This document shows, piece after piece, positions 1 through 14,926 of a stretch of DNA of 64,000 bases. Where the stretch lies: NCBI GenBank assembly GCA_044376115.1, contig JBILLK010000028.1:75484-139483 (forward strand), read 5' to 3'. Under the pieces are notes generated by a model. The model saw nothing but the letters and a program-made list of their open reading frames with translations, made no database searches and was not told the origin of the DNA. Each line of letters opens with the position of its first letter. The first letter of the stretch is position 1. Made by a program: the position numbers and the translations under genes. The stretch is from Polyangiaceae bacterium. GTDB taxonomy: Bacteria; Myxococcota_A; Polyangia; Polyangiales; Polyangiaceae.

Positions 1-1647
<1,647 letters not shown>

Positions 1648-1648
<1 letters not shown>

Positions 1649-2919
1649 TGAAAGACCAAGTTGCAACGAACAACGAGGCGCCCAGCCTGTATAGCCCGTA
1701 CCGCTTCGCGATCTGGGGCACGACCTGGCTCTCCTACCTAACCTACTATTTCGGCCGCAAAGGCCTGCCCATCGCCAAGACCAGCATCGCGGAGAACTAC
1801 GGTTCGTCAGCGCTCTCCGGCGTCGATACGGGCTACCTCGCGGCCTACGCCGTTGGCCAATATCTACACGGCTTTTGGGGGGACCGGGTTGGTGCACGCT
1901 GGCTCATTTCGCTCGGCATGGTGGGCTCGGCAGTGTGCTGCTTTGCCTTTGGTGCGTCCTCGTTAGCAGCGCTCTTCTTCGTCGCGTTCCTTGCGAATGG
2001 CTTCTTCCAAGCCACCGGTTGGCCCGGAAACGTCAAGGCGATGGCTGAATGGACCACACCGCAAAACCGCGGCTCGGTGATGGGCTTCTGGGCCTCCTGC
2101 TATCAAGTGGGCGGCATCGTGGCGACGGTGTTCGCCACCTGGATGATGAGCCGTTGGGGTTGGCGCAGCGCCTTTTGGGGGCCAGCGCTGGTGATCCTCG
2201 CCGTTGCCGCGTTGGTCTTTCTCGTGGTGCGCAGTCCGCGATCGGTGAGCACCGCTCCAGCGAGCGAGCAGCGCAAAGAGGAGCGCGAACTCGAGCGCAG
2301 CGCACGCCGAGCCCTGCTGCGAAACCCGCGCATCTACGCGTATGGCGTCAGCTACTTCTTCATCAAGCTGATGCGCTACAGCCTGCTATTTTGGCTCCCC
2401 ACGTACCTCGAGAAGGCGCTGCTCTACGACAAGTCGACGGCCGGCTATCTGTCGACTTCGTTCGAGGTCGGTGGCGTGGTCGGGACCATCGCGCTGGGTC
2501 TGCTTTCGGATCGGCTGCGCAAGCTCTCGCGCGCTGGTTGGGCCTTCGGTTCGCTGATGCTACTGCCGCTGGCGCTGCTGCTTTACCTGCGCATCGGCGG
2601 GCTCGGGCTCGGGGCGAACTTCGTTGCCATGGCGCTGATTGGCTTCCTCTTGTTCGGGCCTGACGCCATTCTCTCGGGTGCAGCGGCGCAAGACGCAGGC
2701 GGTCCCAAGGCCGCGGCCATCGCCGCGGGCCTCGTCAACGGCATCGGTTCACTCGGCGCAGTGTTGCAAGAAGTAGTCACCAAAGGCGTGTCCCAACGTT
2801 ACGGCTGGGATGCGCTGTTCGTCGTCTTCATCGCCTTTGCGCTGCTCGCCGCGGTGACGCTGCTGCCGGTTTTGCGCGAGCGCCCGGACAGCGGCGCAAG
2901 CCTCAGGCACCAGAAATGA
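1648..2919 (+). CDS. MFS transporter, organophosphate:phosphate antiporter (GlpT/UhpC-like) family
   Basis: About 12 hydrophobic segments. YLTYYFGRK, GFWGDRVGAR, QATGWP, RGSVMGFW and LLFWLPTYL motifs. ATG at 1648 overlaps the upstream stop (TGATG). Confidence 0.85.
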
Positions 2920-3460
2920 CGTTGAACTCGATCTCGTCACCACGCACTTGATAGGTCACGCTGGCTCTCCGACCCAGCGACTGAAGCAGCTCCTCTGCGC
3001 CGCGCGCCACCGAGACGATGTCGATGGGCTCTGCCCCTTGCCAGCCGCTGAGACGCAATAGAGCTTGGCCTGGGCCCAAGAGCGAGGCCTGGAGCTTGCC
3101 CTGATCGAAGGCTTTCTCGAACAACATCGAAGCGCGCATCACGATCGCCCGATCGTCAATCATGCGACCGATCAGGATCCCCCACGGGCCGCGCAGTGCC
3201 TCGCGCACACTCTCAGCGACGACCTCACCGGCGAGCTGCAACGGGTCTAGCCCAAGCTCGGTCGCGACGGCCTTCGTTACCGACCGCGCCGAAACCTGGT
3301 TGCACCAGGAGAGAATGCCCGCCGATTCATAGTCGTCGCGCTCGGCTGCAGAGACGCGGGCGAGCGCTCGCTCGTAGCCAGCACCGGCTAAGCGACGCAG
3401 CACTTCACGCTGACGCACGATCAAAAGGCCGCGAACGCGTGCGGCTGCTTGTGAGCTCAC
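2903..3460 (-). CDS. Hypothetical protein resembling the myxobacterial DUF2378-type small cytoplasmic family
   Basis: 185-aa ORF fills the gap between neighbours. N-terminal VRGLL...Y.RAL...SW pattern recalled from myxobacterial paralogue families. Confidence 0.6.
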   Translation of the reverse strand: MSSQAAARVRGLLIVRQREVLRRLAGAGYERALARVSAAERDDYESAGILSWCNQVSARSVTKAVATELGLDPLQLAGEVVAESVREALRGPWGILIGRMIDDRAIVMRASMLFEKAFDQGKLQASLLGPGQALLRLSGWQGAEPIDIVSVARGAEELLQSLGRRASVTYQVRGDEIEFNVISGA

Positions 3461-3516
3461 CAGGCCGCGACGTTTAGTCGACTCGCGCTCAGGGCTCTAG
3501 CGCGAACGACGCAGCT

Positions 3517-4062
3517 TCACCGTCCCGCGAACGATCCGAGTCGTTGGGTCAGTTCGACCACCGTATTCCAGTTGCGCAGTGTCACTGGCGAGCCTGCCAG
3601 CTTGTCCAAGACCGCGGGTGTGAGCTTGGTTTTAGCGAAGCCGTTGGCGAAGTCGATCCACAGGAGCCCGTCCCGCACGGCGAGCTTCTCCTGCGTCGCC
3701 CGGGCCGCGAGCAGCGGCTCCGCCTCGGGCGCAACCGGCCGTTTCGCGAAGCCCACATGAAGCAGCTTGGCTCGCTCTAGGGCGGCGTCGGGAAACGGAT
3801 TCGTGCGCGTGAGCGCGGCAAAGAAGCTGGCCTCATGCACAACCACAGGCACCGCAAAACCAAAGCTCTGCTCGAGCGCGCGCTCCAGCTCCACGGCTAA
3901 CGCATCAAGCGGCGGCTCGTGATCAAACAGCAGGTTACCGCTCTGAATGTACGTTTCTATTTTGGTGCAGCCCAACGCTTCGGCGAGCTCTCGCAGCTGG
4001 GCCATCGGCACCTTCCGCTTGCCACCAACATTGATCCCACGCAACAGCGCCACGGCTCGCAT
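3517..4062 (-). CDS. DUF1697 domain protein
   Basis: Signature ALLRGINVGG, TYIQSGN and T.RNWNTV. ATG at 4062 chosen as start. Confidence 0.9.
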   Translation of the reverse strand: MRAVALLRGINVGGKRKVPMAQLRELAEALGCTKIETYIQSGNLLFDHEPPLDALAVELERALEQSFGFAVPVVVHEASFFAALTRTNPFPDAALERAKLLHVGFAKRPVAPEAEPLLAARATQEKLAVRDGLLWIDFANGFAKTKLTPAVLDKLAGSPVTLRNWNTVVELTQRLGSFAGR

Positions 4063-4115
4063 GGGCGCGAGCATAGCTGCTCGCACAGGGATGGATTAGC
4101 GTTGCGTAGCCGCGC

Positions 4116-5423
4116 ATGAACAGCACTGCCTACCTCTCCGGCTTCGCGAACGAGTTTGCAACGGAGGCGCGCCCCGGCGTCCTCCCCGAAGGGCGCAATT
4201 CACCGCAAAGGCCTGCGTTGGGCCTGTACGCCGAGCAGCTCTCGGGCACGGCCTTCACCGCTCCGCGCGGAGAAAACCGCCGCTCTTGGCTTTACCGTTT
4301 GCGGCCCAGCGCCGATCATCCGCCCTTCCGTTTGCACGAGCAGCGCGGCTGGTTGAGCGGCCCGTTCGAGGGGCCGGTCTCTCCCAACCGTTTGCGTTGG
4401 AACCCGCTTCCCTTCGCTGGGGCGCCCACCGACTTCGTCAGCGGCATGTTCACCTACGGCGGCAACGGCTCACCGGCGCAACAATCGGGAGCGGCCATTC
4501 ACGGTTATGTGGCAAGCCAGTCGATGACCGACGCGGCCTTCTTCAACGCCGACGGAGAGCTGTTGATCGTGCCGCAAGAAGGCGCGCTGCGCTTGGTCAC
4601 CGAGTTGGGCGTGCTGCTCGTAGAGCCGTCGGAGATCGCGGTGATCCCGCGTGGAATGCGCGTGCGCGTGGAGCTGATTTCGGCTGCCGCGGAGGGTGAA
4701 GCCGCACGCCCGGCGCGCGGCTACGTGTGTGAGAACTACGGCGCGCCCTTCCGCCTGCCCGAGCTCGGTCCCATTGGCTCCAACGGGCTAGCCAACCCGC
4801 GCGATTTTCTGACGCCGTGCGCCGCCTTCGAGCAGGTGGAGCGGCCCACTTTGCTGATGCAGAAGTTCCACGGTCAGCTCTGGTCCACCACCGTGCAGCA
4901 CTCACCGTTCGACGTGGTCGGGTGGCATGGCAATTACGCTCCGTACAAGTACGACCTGCGTAAATTCAACACCATCGGTACGGTCAGCTTCGATCATCCG
5001 GACCCTTCGATCTTCACCGTGCTTACCTCGCCCACCGACACACGCGGCACCGCCAACGTGGACTTCGTGATCTTCCCACCGCGCTGGATGGTCGGAGAAA
5101 ACACCTTCCGCCCACCGTGGTTCCACCGCAACGTGATGAGCGAGTTCATGGGCCTGATCCACGGCGCCTATGACGCCAAAGCCGACGGCTTCGTGCCCGG
5201 CGGTGCGTCGCTTCACAACTGCATGAGCGCACACGGGCCGGACGTCGCCACCACCGCCAAAGCCATGGCGGCCGAGCTCGTGCCGCACAAGATCGACTCG
5301 ACGTTGGCCTTCATGTTCGAGACGCGCTTGGTGATCGCCCCCACCGACCAAGCGCTCGGTAGCCAGGCCCATCAGCAAGACTATGACGCTTGTTGGCAGG
5401 GCTTTCCGAGCTCGCGGCTGTAA
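4116..5423 (+). CDS. hmgA: Homogentisate 1,2-dioxygenase
   Basis: [62 protein letters not shown] and [12 protein letters not shown]. Confidence 0.97.
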   Translation: MNSTAYLSGFANEFATEARPGVLPEGRNSPQRPALGLYAEQLSGTAFTAPRGENRRSWLYRLRPSADHPPFRLHEQRGWLSGPFEGPVSPNRLRWNPLPFAGAPTDFVSGMFTYGGNGSPAQQSGAAIHGYVASQSMTDAAFFNADGELLIVPQEGALRLVTELGVLLVEPSEIAVIPRGMRVRVELISAAAEGEAARPARGYVCENYGAPFRLPELGPIGSNGLANPRDFLTPCAAFEQVERPTLLMQKFHGQLWSTTVQHSPFDVVGWHGNYAPYKYDLRKFNTIGTVSFDHPDPSIFTVLTSPTDTRGTANVDFVIFPPRWMVGENTFRPPWFHRNVMSEFMGLIHGAYDAKADGFVPGGASLHNCMSAHGPDVATTAKAMAAELVPHKIDSTLAFMFETRLVIAPTDQALGSQAHQQDYDACWQGFPSSRL

Positions 5424-5426
5424 GCG

Positions 5427-6107
5427 ATGGAAGGGCACGGCGTCGACTTCAAGCAATCGGCAAAAGCTTTGGCCAAAGCGCTGGCCAAGGCCACCTTCGG
5501 CGCGGTGTTGAGCGGCGGCGCGGTGCTGAGCACCTTCTTCCTGCTGAACCTCGGCTTGAGCTTCGCCTTCTTTTTGCTCGGGGGCTTCGCCGGTGGGGGT
5601 CATGGCTCCTTCATCATGTTGCCCGTGGCCGTGCTGCCCTTCGTACCGTTCGTGGCGCTCGCTTACGTCTTCACGCAGAAGCGCGCGGTGATGTCGATCG
5701 CCGCCGCAGCCCTGGATTCGCAGTCAGAAAATCTGGGCAAACTCGGGACCCACTACCTGGGCCGCTTCCTCGAACAGCGTGATAAAGGCGAGCAAGGCGC
5801 CAAGCTGCGTGAAGGCTTCGATAAAGCCTGGTCACGCTTCTTGCGAGCGTCGGAAGCGCCTTGGCCGGTGCGCTTGGCGCTGAGTCAGCTCACCGGCCGC
5901 GTGCCGATGGGCGAGATCGTCGCGCAGCTCGCCGAGCAGCAAACCCCAACCGAAGACGTTCCGCGTCGCGCGATGGAGCAGGTGGTTTCACGGGCGATTC
6001 AGGAGCACGTGGCGCCCTCCTGGTTAGCGACCGTGCTGCTTCTGGTCGCTAACCTGGCGTGGCTGCCGCTGTGCTTGTGGCTCGTGCAACTCTGGCTCAC
6101 CCGCTGA
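5427..6107 (+). CDS. Hypothetical membrane protein
   Basis: 226-aa ORF 3 nt after the hmgA stop, with two N-terminal and one C-terminal hydrophobic segments. Confidence 0.7.
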   Translation: MEGHGVDFKQSAKALAKALAKATFGAVLSGGAVLSTFFLLNLGLSFAFFLLGGFAGGGHGSFIMLPVAVLPFVPFVALAYVFTQKRAVMSIAAAALDSQSENLGKLGTHYLGRFLEQRDKGEQGAKLREGFDKAWSRFLRASEAPWPVRLALSQLTGRVPMGEIVAQLAEQQTPTEDVPRRAMEQVVSRAIQEHVAPSWLATVLLLVANLAWLPLCLWLVQLWLTR

Positions 6108-6112
6108 GCAGC

Positions 6113-8398
<2,286 letters not shown>

Positions 8399-8426
8399 GG
8401 CGCCTTTGTACGCTAAGCTCTGCGCG

Positions 8427-9131
8427 GTGTGTGGCCGATTCACGCTCACTGTGCCCGGCTTCGACGAACTTTGCGACGCGCTCGGTCTCAGGCCCGAGCC
8501 AGCCTCAGCGGCGCTTTATCAACCGCGCTACAACATCGCGCCCAGCAACCTCACGTGGGTCCTCACCACATCGAGCGGCGCTGAGTCGACGCAGCTGAGT
8601 CGGTCGCGCTGGGGCTACCAAGGTGCGGGCTCGGCACAGCGCGCCAAGCCGCTACGCAACGCGCGCGCCGAGCTGTTGAGGAAGGCGGTACCGTTCGAAC
8701 TCGCGCTCGGGCAGCGACGCTGCGTCGTCGTCGCCGACGGCTTTCTCGAGTGGCACGCGAAGGATGATGACCGGCGGCCGTATTGGCTTCGTCCCAGCGA
8801 TCACGGCCTCATGCTGATGGCCGGGGTGTACGCCGAGAACGAGGCCACGAGCAGCTTCGCGATCGTGACCTGCGCGGCGAACGCAGACGTGCAAGACCTT
8901 CACCCACGGATGCCTCGCCTGCTCGATCGCGGCGAGGCGATCGCTTGGCTAGAGCCAGGCTGGGCCCAGCTGCTGACTCCGCCGCCTTCCGGCCGCCTAC
9001 GCAAGACCCGCGTGTCTCAACGCGTGAACGCGGTCCGAAACGATGACCCAGCCTGCTTGTTGCCTGAAGACGGCCCAGCCACCGGGACCAACCTGGAGCT
9101 GTTCGCTTCGCTCGCACGATCGAACTCCTGA
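8427..9131 (+). CDS. SOS response-associated peptidase (SRAP, YedK/HMCES family)
   Basis: GTG at 8427 gives MCGRF, placing the catalytic Cys at position 2. [30 protein letters not shown] and VS.RVN..RND motifs. Confidence 0.92.
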   Translation: MCGRFTLTVPGFDELCDALGLRPEPASAALYQPRYNIAPSNLTWVLTTSSGAESTQLSRSRWGYQGAGSAQRAKPLRNARAELLRKAVPFELALGQRRCVVVADGFLEWHAKDDDRRPYWLRPSDHGLMLMAGVYAENEATSSFAIVTCAANADVQDLHPRMPRLLDRGEAIAWLEPGWAQLLTPPPSGRLRKTRVSQRVNAVRNDDPACLLPEDGPATGTNLELFASLARSNS

Positions 9132-9144
9132 GGTATAACGCCGC

Positions 9145-12057
9145 ATGGCGAACCAGAAGACCGTGCTCAGCGCGCCGCCGCGCGAAGCGGAGACGCTGTT
9201 CATCCGCGGCGCTCGCGAGCACAACCTCGCGATCGATGAGCTGACGCTGCCCAAAGGGCAGCTGGTCGTTTTCACCGGCGTTTCGGGCTCGGGCAAGTCC
9301 TCGCTCGCCTTCGACACGATCTATGCCGAGGGCCAACGTCGCTATGTCGAGTCGCTCTCCTCCTACGCGCGGCTGTTTCTCGGTCAGCTCGAAAAGCCGA
9401 AGTACGATCAAATTCGCGGGCTGTGCCCGACGGTGGCGATCGAGCAACGCTCTGCCTCGAGCAACCCGCGCTCCACGGTCGGGACCACCACCGAGATCTA
9501 TGACTACCTGCGGGTGATGTTCGCCCGCGTTGGGGATCAGCGCTGTCACACCTGTGGGGCGCTGGCCCAAGGCACCTCCGCCGCGGCGATCGTCGAGGAG
9601 ATTTTGCGGCTCCCGCTGAAGACCCGCTGCACTTTGGTGGCGACCATCGCCGAGCACCGCAAGGGCGAGTTTCAGGACGAAATGACGTCGCTCGTGCAGA
9701 GCGGGTACCGCCGATTGCGGATCGACGGCAAGGTCGAGCTGATCGAAGAGGCGGTGCCCAAGCTCGATAAGAACAAGAAGCACACGATCGAGGTGATCGT
9801 GGACCGCGTGGTGGTCAACCCGGACGGCCGGGCCAAGCTGACCGACAGCGTCGAGGCGACGTTGAAGTTGGGCAAAGGCCGGCTGCTGGTCGAGGTGGAA
9901 GGCGCGGCTCCGCAACGCTTCTCCGAAAAGCGCGCCTGCCCCAATTGCAACATCGAGCTTCCGGAGCCCACGCCGCAGAGCCTCTCGTACAACTCGCCGC
10001 TCGGCATGTGCCCCGATTGCAACGGCCTCGGCACCAAGCTCGAAGTGGACGCGCGAGCGATCGTGCCGAACCCCAAGCTCTCGATCGATGAGGGTGCTGT
10101 CGCGCCGTGGCGCAATGTCTCGGAGAGCTCGGGCTGGACGGCGCGCATCGTCACGGCGCTGTGCTCGAAGCTGGGCGTTGCTCGCGATGTGCCGTGGAAC
10201 AAGCTCCCGCCGAAGAAGCGGGAGGCGCTGCTCTATGGCACCGGCGACCAGCGCATCGAGGTCAAGTGGGACAGCAAGAACAGCAAAGGCGCCTGGGCCA
10301 TGAAGTGGGAGGGCCTATGCAACCAGGTGCTGCGTCGCTTCGAGGCCACCGAGAGTGAGGCCATGCGCGACAAGTACCGCGGCTACCTGCACGAGGCGCC
10401 CTGCAGCAGCTGTGGCGGCTCGCGCCTGCGCGCCGAGGCGCGCAGCATCTTCCTCGGGGACAAAAGCATCGTGGACGTGTTGCGCATGTCGATCTCCACG
10501 GCGGACCGCTTCTTTCGCGGGCTCGGCCTGTCTGGCGTCAAACTGCAGATCGCCACCGAGGTGCAGAAGGAGATCCAACATCGGCTCGGCTTCCTGGTGG
10601 ACGTCGGGCTCGACTACTTGACGTTGGACCGCGCAACCGCCTCGCTCTCCGGCGGAGAGGCGCAGCGCATTCGCTTGGCGGCCCAACTCGGCAGCGAGCT
10701 CTCCGGCGTGATGTACGTGCTCGATGAGCCATCGATCGGCCTGCATCAACGCGACAACTTGCGCCTCTTGCGCACGCTGCAGAACCTGCGTGGGCTGGGC
10801 AACAGCGTGATCGTGGTCGAGCACGACGCTGACACCATCCGCGAGGCCGATCACGTGGTGGACTTCGGCCCGGGAGCCGGCAAGTTCGGTGGCAAGGTGG
10901 TCGCGCAGGGAACGCCGGCCGAGTTGATGGCCAACCCCGACTCGCTGACCGGGCGCTTCCTCGCGGGCAAAGAGAGCATCGGTACGCCCGGCGTACGGCG
11001 CAAACCAACAGGCTTCATCACCATCACCGGCGCCACCGAGAACAACCTCAAGAACGTGAGCGTCAAGTTCCCGCTCGGCGTTTTCTGCGCGGTTACGGGG
11101 GTGAGCGGAGCCGGCAAGTCCAGCTTGGTCAACGGCATCCTCAAGCCGGCTCTCGCGCGCGAACTCAATGGCTCCCAAGACCCGGTCGGCGCGCATGAAG
11201 AGCTGAGCGGCCTCGATGGCGTGGACAAAGTGATCGTGATCGATCAGCTGCCCATCGGCCGCACCCCGCGCTCAAACCCAGCGACCTACTCCAAGCTGTT
11301 CGACTTGATTCGCGATGTCTTCGCGCAAACCAAGGAAGCTCGCGCTTACGGCTACGCGCCCGGCCGCTTCTCCTTCAACGTGAAGGGCGGTCGCTGCGAG
11401 ACTTGCGAGGGCGGTGGCATGCGTTCGATCGAGATGCACTTCCTGCCCGACGTCTTCGTCACCTGCGAGGCCTGCGGCGGCAAACGCTACAACGACGCGA
11501 CGCTGCGCGTGACCTTCCGCAATCGCACCATCGCCGACGTATTGGCGCTCAGCGTGGATGAAGCGCTTGGCGTTTTCGAGAACGTCCCGGCGATTGCGCG
11601 GATCCTCGAAACGTTGAAGGAAGTTGGTCTCGGCTATGTCTCGTTGGGGCAGCCGGCGACAACCCTCTCCGGCGGTGAGGCCCAACGGGTGAAGCTCGCC
11701 AAAGAGCTCGCGCGGCGAGACACCGGGCGCACCATCTACATCTTGGATGAGCCGACCACCGGCCTGCACTTCTCCGACGTTCGCCAATTGCTCGGCGTAC
11801 TCGAACGCTTGGTGGAGGCCGGCAATACGGTGCTCGTGGTCGAGCACAACCTGGAGGTGATCCGCATGGCGGACTGGCTGATCGATCTCGGGCCTGAAGG
11901 CGGCGCTGGCGGCGGTACCATTCTGGCCGAGGGCACACCGGAACAGGTAGCCCTGGTCGAGAGCTCGCACACCGGCCAGTTTTTGAAGCCGCTGCTTGCT
12001 CCGCCCGTACTCAAGAAGGCCTCATCCAAACGACCGAAACAGGAAGCTCGACCATGA
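9145..12057 (+). CDS. uvrA: Excinuclease ABC subunit A
   Basis: GAREHNL, GVSGSGKSSLAFDTIYAEGQRRYVES, two LSGGEAQR signatures, CxxC zinc fingers and a second Walker A (GVSGAGKSS). Confidence 0.98.
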   Translation: MANQKTVLSAPPREAETLFIRGAREHNLAIDELTLPKGQLVVFTGVSGSGKSSLAFDTIYAEGQRRYVESLSSYARLFLGQLEKPKYDQIRGLCPTVAIEQRSASSNPRSTVGTTTEIYDYLRVMFARVGDQRCHTCGALAQGTSAAAIVEEILRLPLKTRCTLVATIAEHRKGEFQDEMTSLVQSGYRRLRIDGKVELIEEAVPKLDKNKKHTIEVIVDRVVVNPDGRAKLTDSVEATLKLGKGRLLVEVEGAAPQRFSEKRACPNCNIELPEPTPQSLSYNSPLGMCPDCNGLGTKLEVDARAIVPNPKLSIDEGAVAPWRNVSESSGWTARIVTALCSKLGVARDVPWNKLPPKKREALLYGTGDQRIEVKWDSKNSKGAWAMKWEGLCNQVLRRFEATESEAMRDKYRGYLHEAPCSSCGGSRLRAEARSIFLGDKSIVDVLRMSISTADRFFRGLGLSGVKLQIATEVQKEIQHRLGFLVDVGLDYLTLDRATASLSGGEAQRIRLAAQLGSELSGVMYVLDEPSIGLHQRDNLRLLRTLQNLRGLGNSVIVVEHDADTIREADHVVDFGPGAGKFGGKVVAQGTPAELMANPDSLTGRFLAGKESIGTPGVRRKPTGFITITGATENNLKNVSVKFPLGVFCAVTGVSGAGKSSLVNGILKPALARELNGSQDPVGAHEELSGLDGVDKVIVIDQLPIGRTPRSNPATYSKLFDLIRDVFAQTKEARAYGYAPGRFSFNVKGGRCETCEGGGMRSIEMHFLPDVFVTCEACGGKRYNDATLRVTFRNRTIADVLALSVDEALGVFENVPAIARILETLKEVGLGYVSLGQPATTLSGGEAQRVKLAKELARRDTGRTIYILDEPTTGLHFSDVRQLLGVLERLVEAGNTVLVVEHNLEVIRMADWLIDLGPEGGAGGGTILAEGTPEQVALVESSHTGQFLKPLLAPPVLKKASSKRPKQEARP

Positions 12058-12686
12058 TGAAACTGTACAGCTCCGTCACTTCACCGTTCGTCCGCAAAGT
12101 CCTCGTGGTTGGGCACGAACTCGGCCTTGCCGATCAGCTCGAGGTCGTGCCCGTCGTGCTCAGCCCTACCGCCGCCGACGCAGCGCTCAACCAGCGAAAC
12201 CCGCTGGGCAAGATCCCAACGCTCGAGCTCGAAGACGGCACCATGCTGTTTGATTCGCGCGTGATCGTGACGCACCTGTTGACCCTCTCCGACAAAGGCG
12301 AGCAATTGTTACCACGTGGCAAGAAGGGGCTGCTCACGTTGCGTGCCGAGGCTGCAGCAGACGGTCTCTTGGATGCCGGGATCCTCTCTCGCTACGAGAC
12401 CGTGTTGCGGCCGGAGCAGTTCCGCTGGAGCGCGTGGGTCGACGGGCAATGCGACAAAGTCGAGCGCTCCTTGCGCTGGCTCGAACAGAACGTCGATACC
12501 AGCGGGCCCAACTTCGACCTCGCGCAAATCGCCACCGCTTGCGCGCTCGGCTGGTTGCAGTTCCGCAAGCCGCTCAACGACCGATCGCAAGGTGAGCGCA
12601 ACATGGAGGTGATCGCGCCCAAGCTCTTCAGCTGGTTCGAGAGCCTGCGCAGCCGACCGAGCCTAGCCGCGACCGAGCCTCACTGA
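12054..12686 (+). CDS. Glutathione S-transferase family protein
   Basis: SPFVRKV, NPLGKIP and LFDSRVI motifs. ATGA overlap with the uvrA stop. Confidence 0.9.
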   Translation: MMKLYSSVTSPFVRKVLVVGHELGLADQLEVVPVVLSPTAADAALNQRNPLGKIPTLELEDGTMLFDSRVIVTHLLTLSDKGEQLLPRGKKGLLTLRAEAAADGLLDAGILSRYETVLRPEQFRWSAWVDGQCDKVERSLRWLEQNVDTSGPNFDLAQIATACALGWLQFRKPLNDRSQGERNMEVIAPKLFSWFESLRSRPSLAATEPH

Positions 12687-14926
12687 AGCGCGCCCCAAAT
12701 TCGCAACGCCGCCGAGGTCTCGTCGTCGAGCTCCACCGTCTCACGCTCGAAGCGCACGGCCTTCGCGCGGCGTTCGAAGTCAGCGTGGCGCTGCCGCAAG
12801 GCGGCTGACACCAGCGGCAACACTGGACGCCGATCGAAGCTGCAACTCCAATCGATCGATAGGTCGCAGATCTGCGAGAAAGACCCTGATTTCTCGCGCA
12901 GTAGGTACTGATCCCAGCGTGCGGTGTGCGTCTCACCGAACAACGCGTAACGCACGCCCGTGGTGTCGAGCGCGAGCCCCGAGGTCACCTTGTATAGGTC
13001 CCGCCCCCACGCCCCTCGCAGTGGAACGCCCAAAGCACCCGCGAGCGTGGTCGCCACGTCCTCCGTCGCGGTCGGCTCTTCCACCACGCGGCCCTCGGCC
13101 AAGTCCGAGGGATAGGCGATGTAAAGCGGCGCTTTGAGCGACGCCTCATCGAACGGTAGTTCTTCGGGGAAGTAGGTATCGACGCCGCTCGAGATATCGT
13201 TGGTCACGACCAAAAGCGACTTCTCCTCGACGTTGGCTAGCGCCTCGAGCAGCTTGCCGAAGGCTGCGTCTTGCTCCGCGAGCGCAAGCTGGTGCAACGC
13301 CTCCACACGAATGCGATCCCCCTCGGGGAGGCGCACGCGCTTCTTCTTGCGCCTCAGCGACGCGAGTTGCTGACCGGCCCGCCGAGGTTGAATGTCCCCG
13401 GTGTATTTTTCGGGCGGTAGAGAGTCCACCTGCTTGGGCGTTGGCGCCCACGGTGGATGGCCGCCCTCGGCATGAACCACGAGAAAGATACGCGCTGTCG
13501 GCTCACGCTCGAGCGTCGACGTGACGAAGGAGGCCGCCTCGAGCAAAGCACTGCGTGACTCGCCCTCGGCCGGCGAGATCGAGACGAAGCGCGTCATCGA
13601 TCGGTAGAAGCCGTACGGTCGGAAGGAGGTCGGGACGTCGGTAAAGAGCGCGGTTTGAATGCCCGCATCGCGCGCGCGTTGGGTGATGGTTGGAACGCCT
13701 TTGGGCAGCGCGGATCCGAGATCGGTCACGGTGTGAACCGCTGCAGGTAGGCCCGTCAGCAGCGTCGCCAAGTTGCCGCCTGCGGTGCTGACCGAGGCTC
13801 GATGTTGCGTGTACACCGTCGCGCTGTCGGCGAACTTCGCGAGGTTGTCGAGGTGATGCACCGGCTTGTCGCCGTAGCCGGGCAACTCATCGCGCGTGAC
13901 GCCACCCCAGAGCACCAAGACCACCACTTGTGCCGAGGGAACCGGCTGCGGTTCACGCGTGGAGACCAGCAGGCTGGGATCTCCGAACAGCACGCGACTG
14001 CCTTTGGTCGCCGACATCGCCTTGAACTCGAGGTGAACGATCTCCCCTGCGAAGGGATCGAGTGGGGCGTCCATGTCCTCCCAGCCCTCGCTCGGCTTGA
14101 GATGCCGCTTGAGCAACGAGATCGGCGCTTTGCCGTCTCGCCGCAGCACCACCTCAGCGTCCCCTTCGCCGTTGCCGAGCAGTCCCAACGCCGTTCGCAA
14201 TCTTGCTCCCTTGGGCACGCGCAACGAACAGCGCACCGTCGTTGGCGTGCGCAAACGCAACGCCCGGTGTGGCGTCTTACCAATCACAGCATCGGCCTGT
14301 AGGACGTCGGCGAGAGTCGGGGCACCGTAGGTGCTGTCTTCATCATCGGGCCAGCCGATGCGCAGCCAATCGACCATCGCCAAGGCCTCGCTCGTGCGAG
14401 GTTTCCCGCGAAACCGGATCAGCACCTTGTGTTCACCTGCGTCGAACGGCTCCAAGCTGGTCGCGGTGGTGACGGTGCGTGCATCGGCTCCGCTGAACTT
14501 GGCCGAACCAAGCGGGACACCGTCGATGTAGAGAGCGACGCCCTTGCTAGCGAGCGGTGCGATGCGCGCGCTCAGGAACAGGTTCTTGGGCTCGACCAAG
14601 GTGAAGGTCGCCGTAAGCTCGTTGTCGACGATGGTGCTCCAAGTTGCTCCGTTGCGTTCAACGGCCTCGAGCTCCGAGGCGGTCTCGACGCGACCGACCA
14701 TACCCTCGGTGCCGAAGTCGATCGCTACGCCGCGGTGCTCGATCGTGCAGGAAGGGACTTCGTCGAAGAAGGAGAGCAACGTGCGATCCTGAACCGGGCC
14801 ATCCCCGTAGCCCGGTTCATTCGGGGACGCGGAGGTCCGCGTTCCCGGCTGCGATTCGGAGTTGCTGCTACACGCGACGAGGAGCCCAGCGGCGAGCGCA
14901 AGGCTACCTGCCTTCAGCGTTGCCAA
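12680..14926 (-). CDS. Lipoprotein with C-terminal sulfatase/alkaline-phosphatase-fold domain (active-site motifs degenerate)
   Basis: Lipobox LVAC. C-terminal region has a sulfatase-like layout (ATLLTG, GIQTALFT, FLVVH..GGHPPW, LLVVTND, PL.I.YP, EDVATTL). Confidence 0.75.
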   Translation of the reverse strand: MATLKAGSLALAAGLLVACSSNSESQPGTRTSASPNEPGYGDGPVQDRTLLSFFDEVPSCTIEHRGVAIDFGTEGMVGRVETASELEAVERNGATWSTIVDNELTATFTLVEPKNLFLSARIAPLASKGVALYIDGVPLGSAKFSGADARTVTTATSLEPFDAGEHKVLIRFRGKPRTSEALAMVDWLRIGWPDDEDSTYGAPTLADVLQADAVIGKTPHRALRLRTPTTVRCSLRVPKGARLRTALGLLGNGEGDAEVVLRRDGKAPISLLKRHLKPSEGWEDMDAPLDPFAGEIVHLEFKAMSATKGSRVLFGDPSLLVSTREPQPVPSAQVVVLVLWGGVTRDELPGYGDKPVHHLDNLAKFADSATVYTQHRASVSTAGGNLATLLTGLPAAVHTVTDLGSALPKGVPTITQRARDAGIQTALFTDVPTSFRPYGFYRSMTRFVSISPAEGESRSALLEAASFVTSTLEREPTARIFLVVHAEGGHPPWAPTPKQVDSLPPEKYTGDIQPRRAGQQLASLRRKKKRVRLPEGDRIRVEALHQLALAEQDAAFGKLLEALANVEEKSLLVVTNDISSGVDTYFPEELPFDEASLKAPLYIAYPSDLAEGRVVEEPTATEDVATTLAGALGVPLRGAWGRDLYKVTSGLALDTTGVRYALFGETHTARWDQYLLREKSGSFSQICDLSIDWSCSFDRRPVLPLVSAALRQRHADFERRAKAVRFERETVELDDETSAALRIWGALQ

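Noticed and set aside
12054..12686. GST as the maleylacetoacetate isomerase of the hmgA pathway
   Set aside because: It lacks the zeta-class SS(C/A)S motif (it has TSPFVRKV) and is coupled to uvrA, not hmgA.
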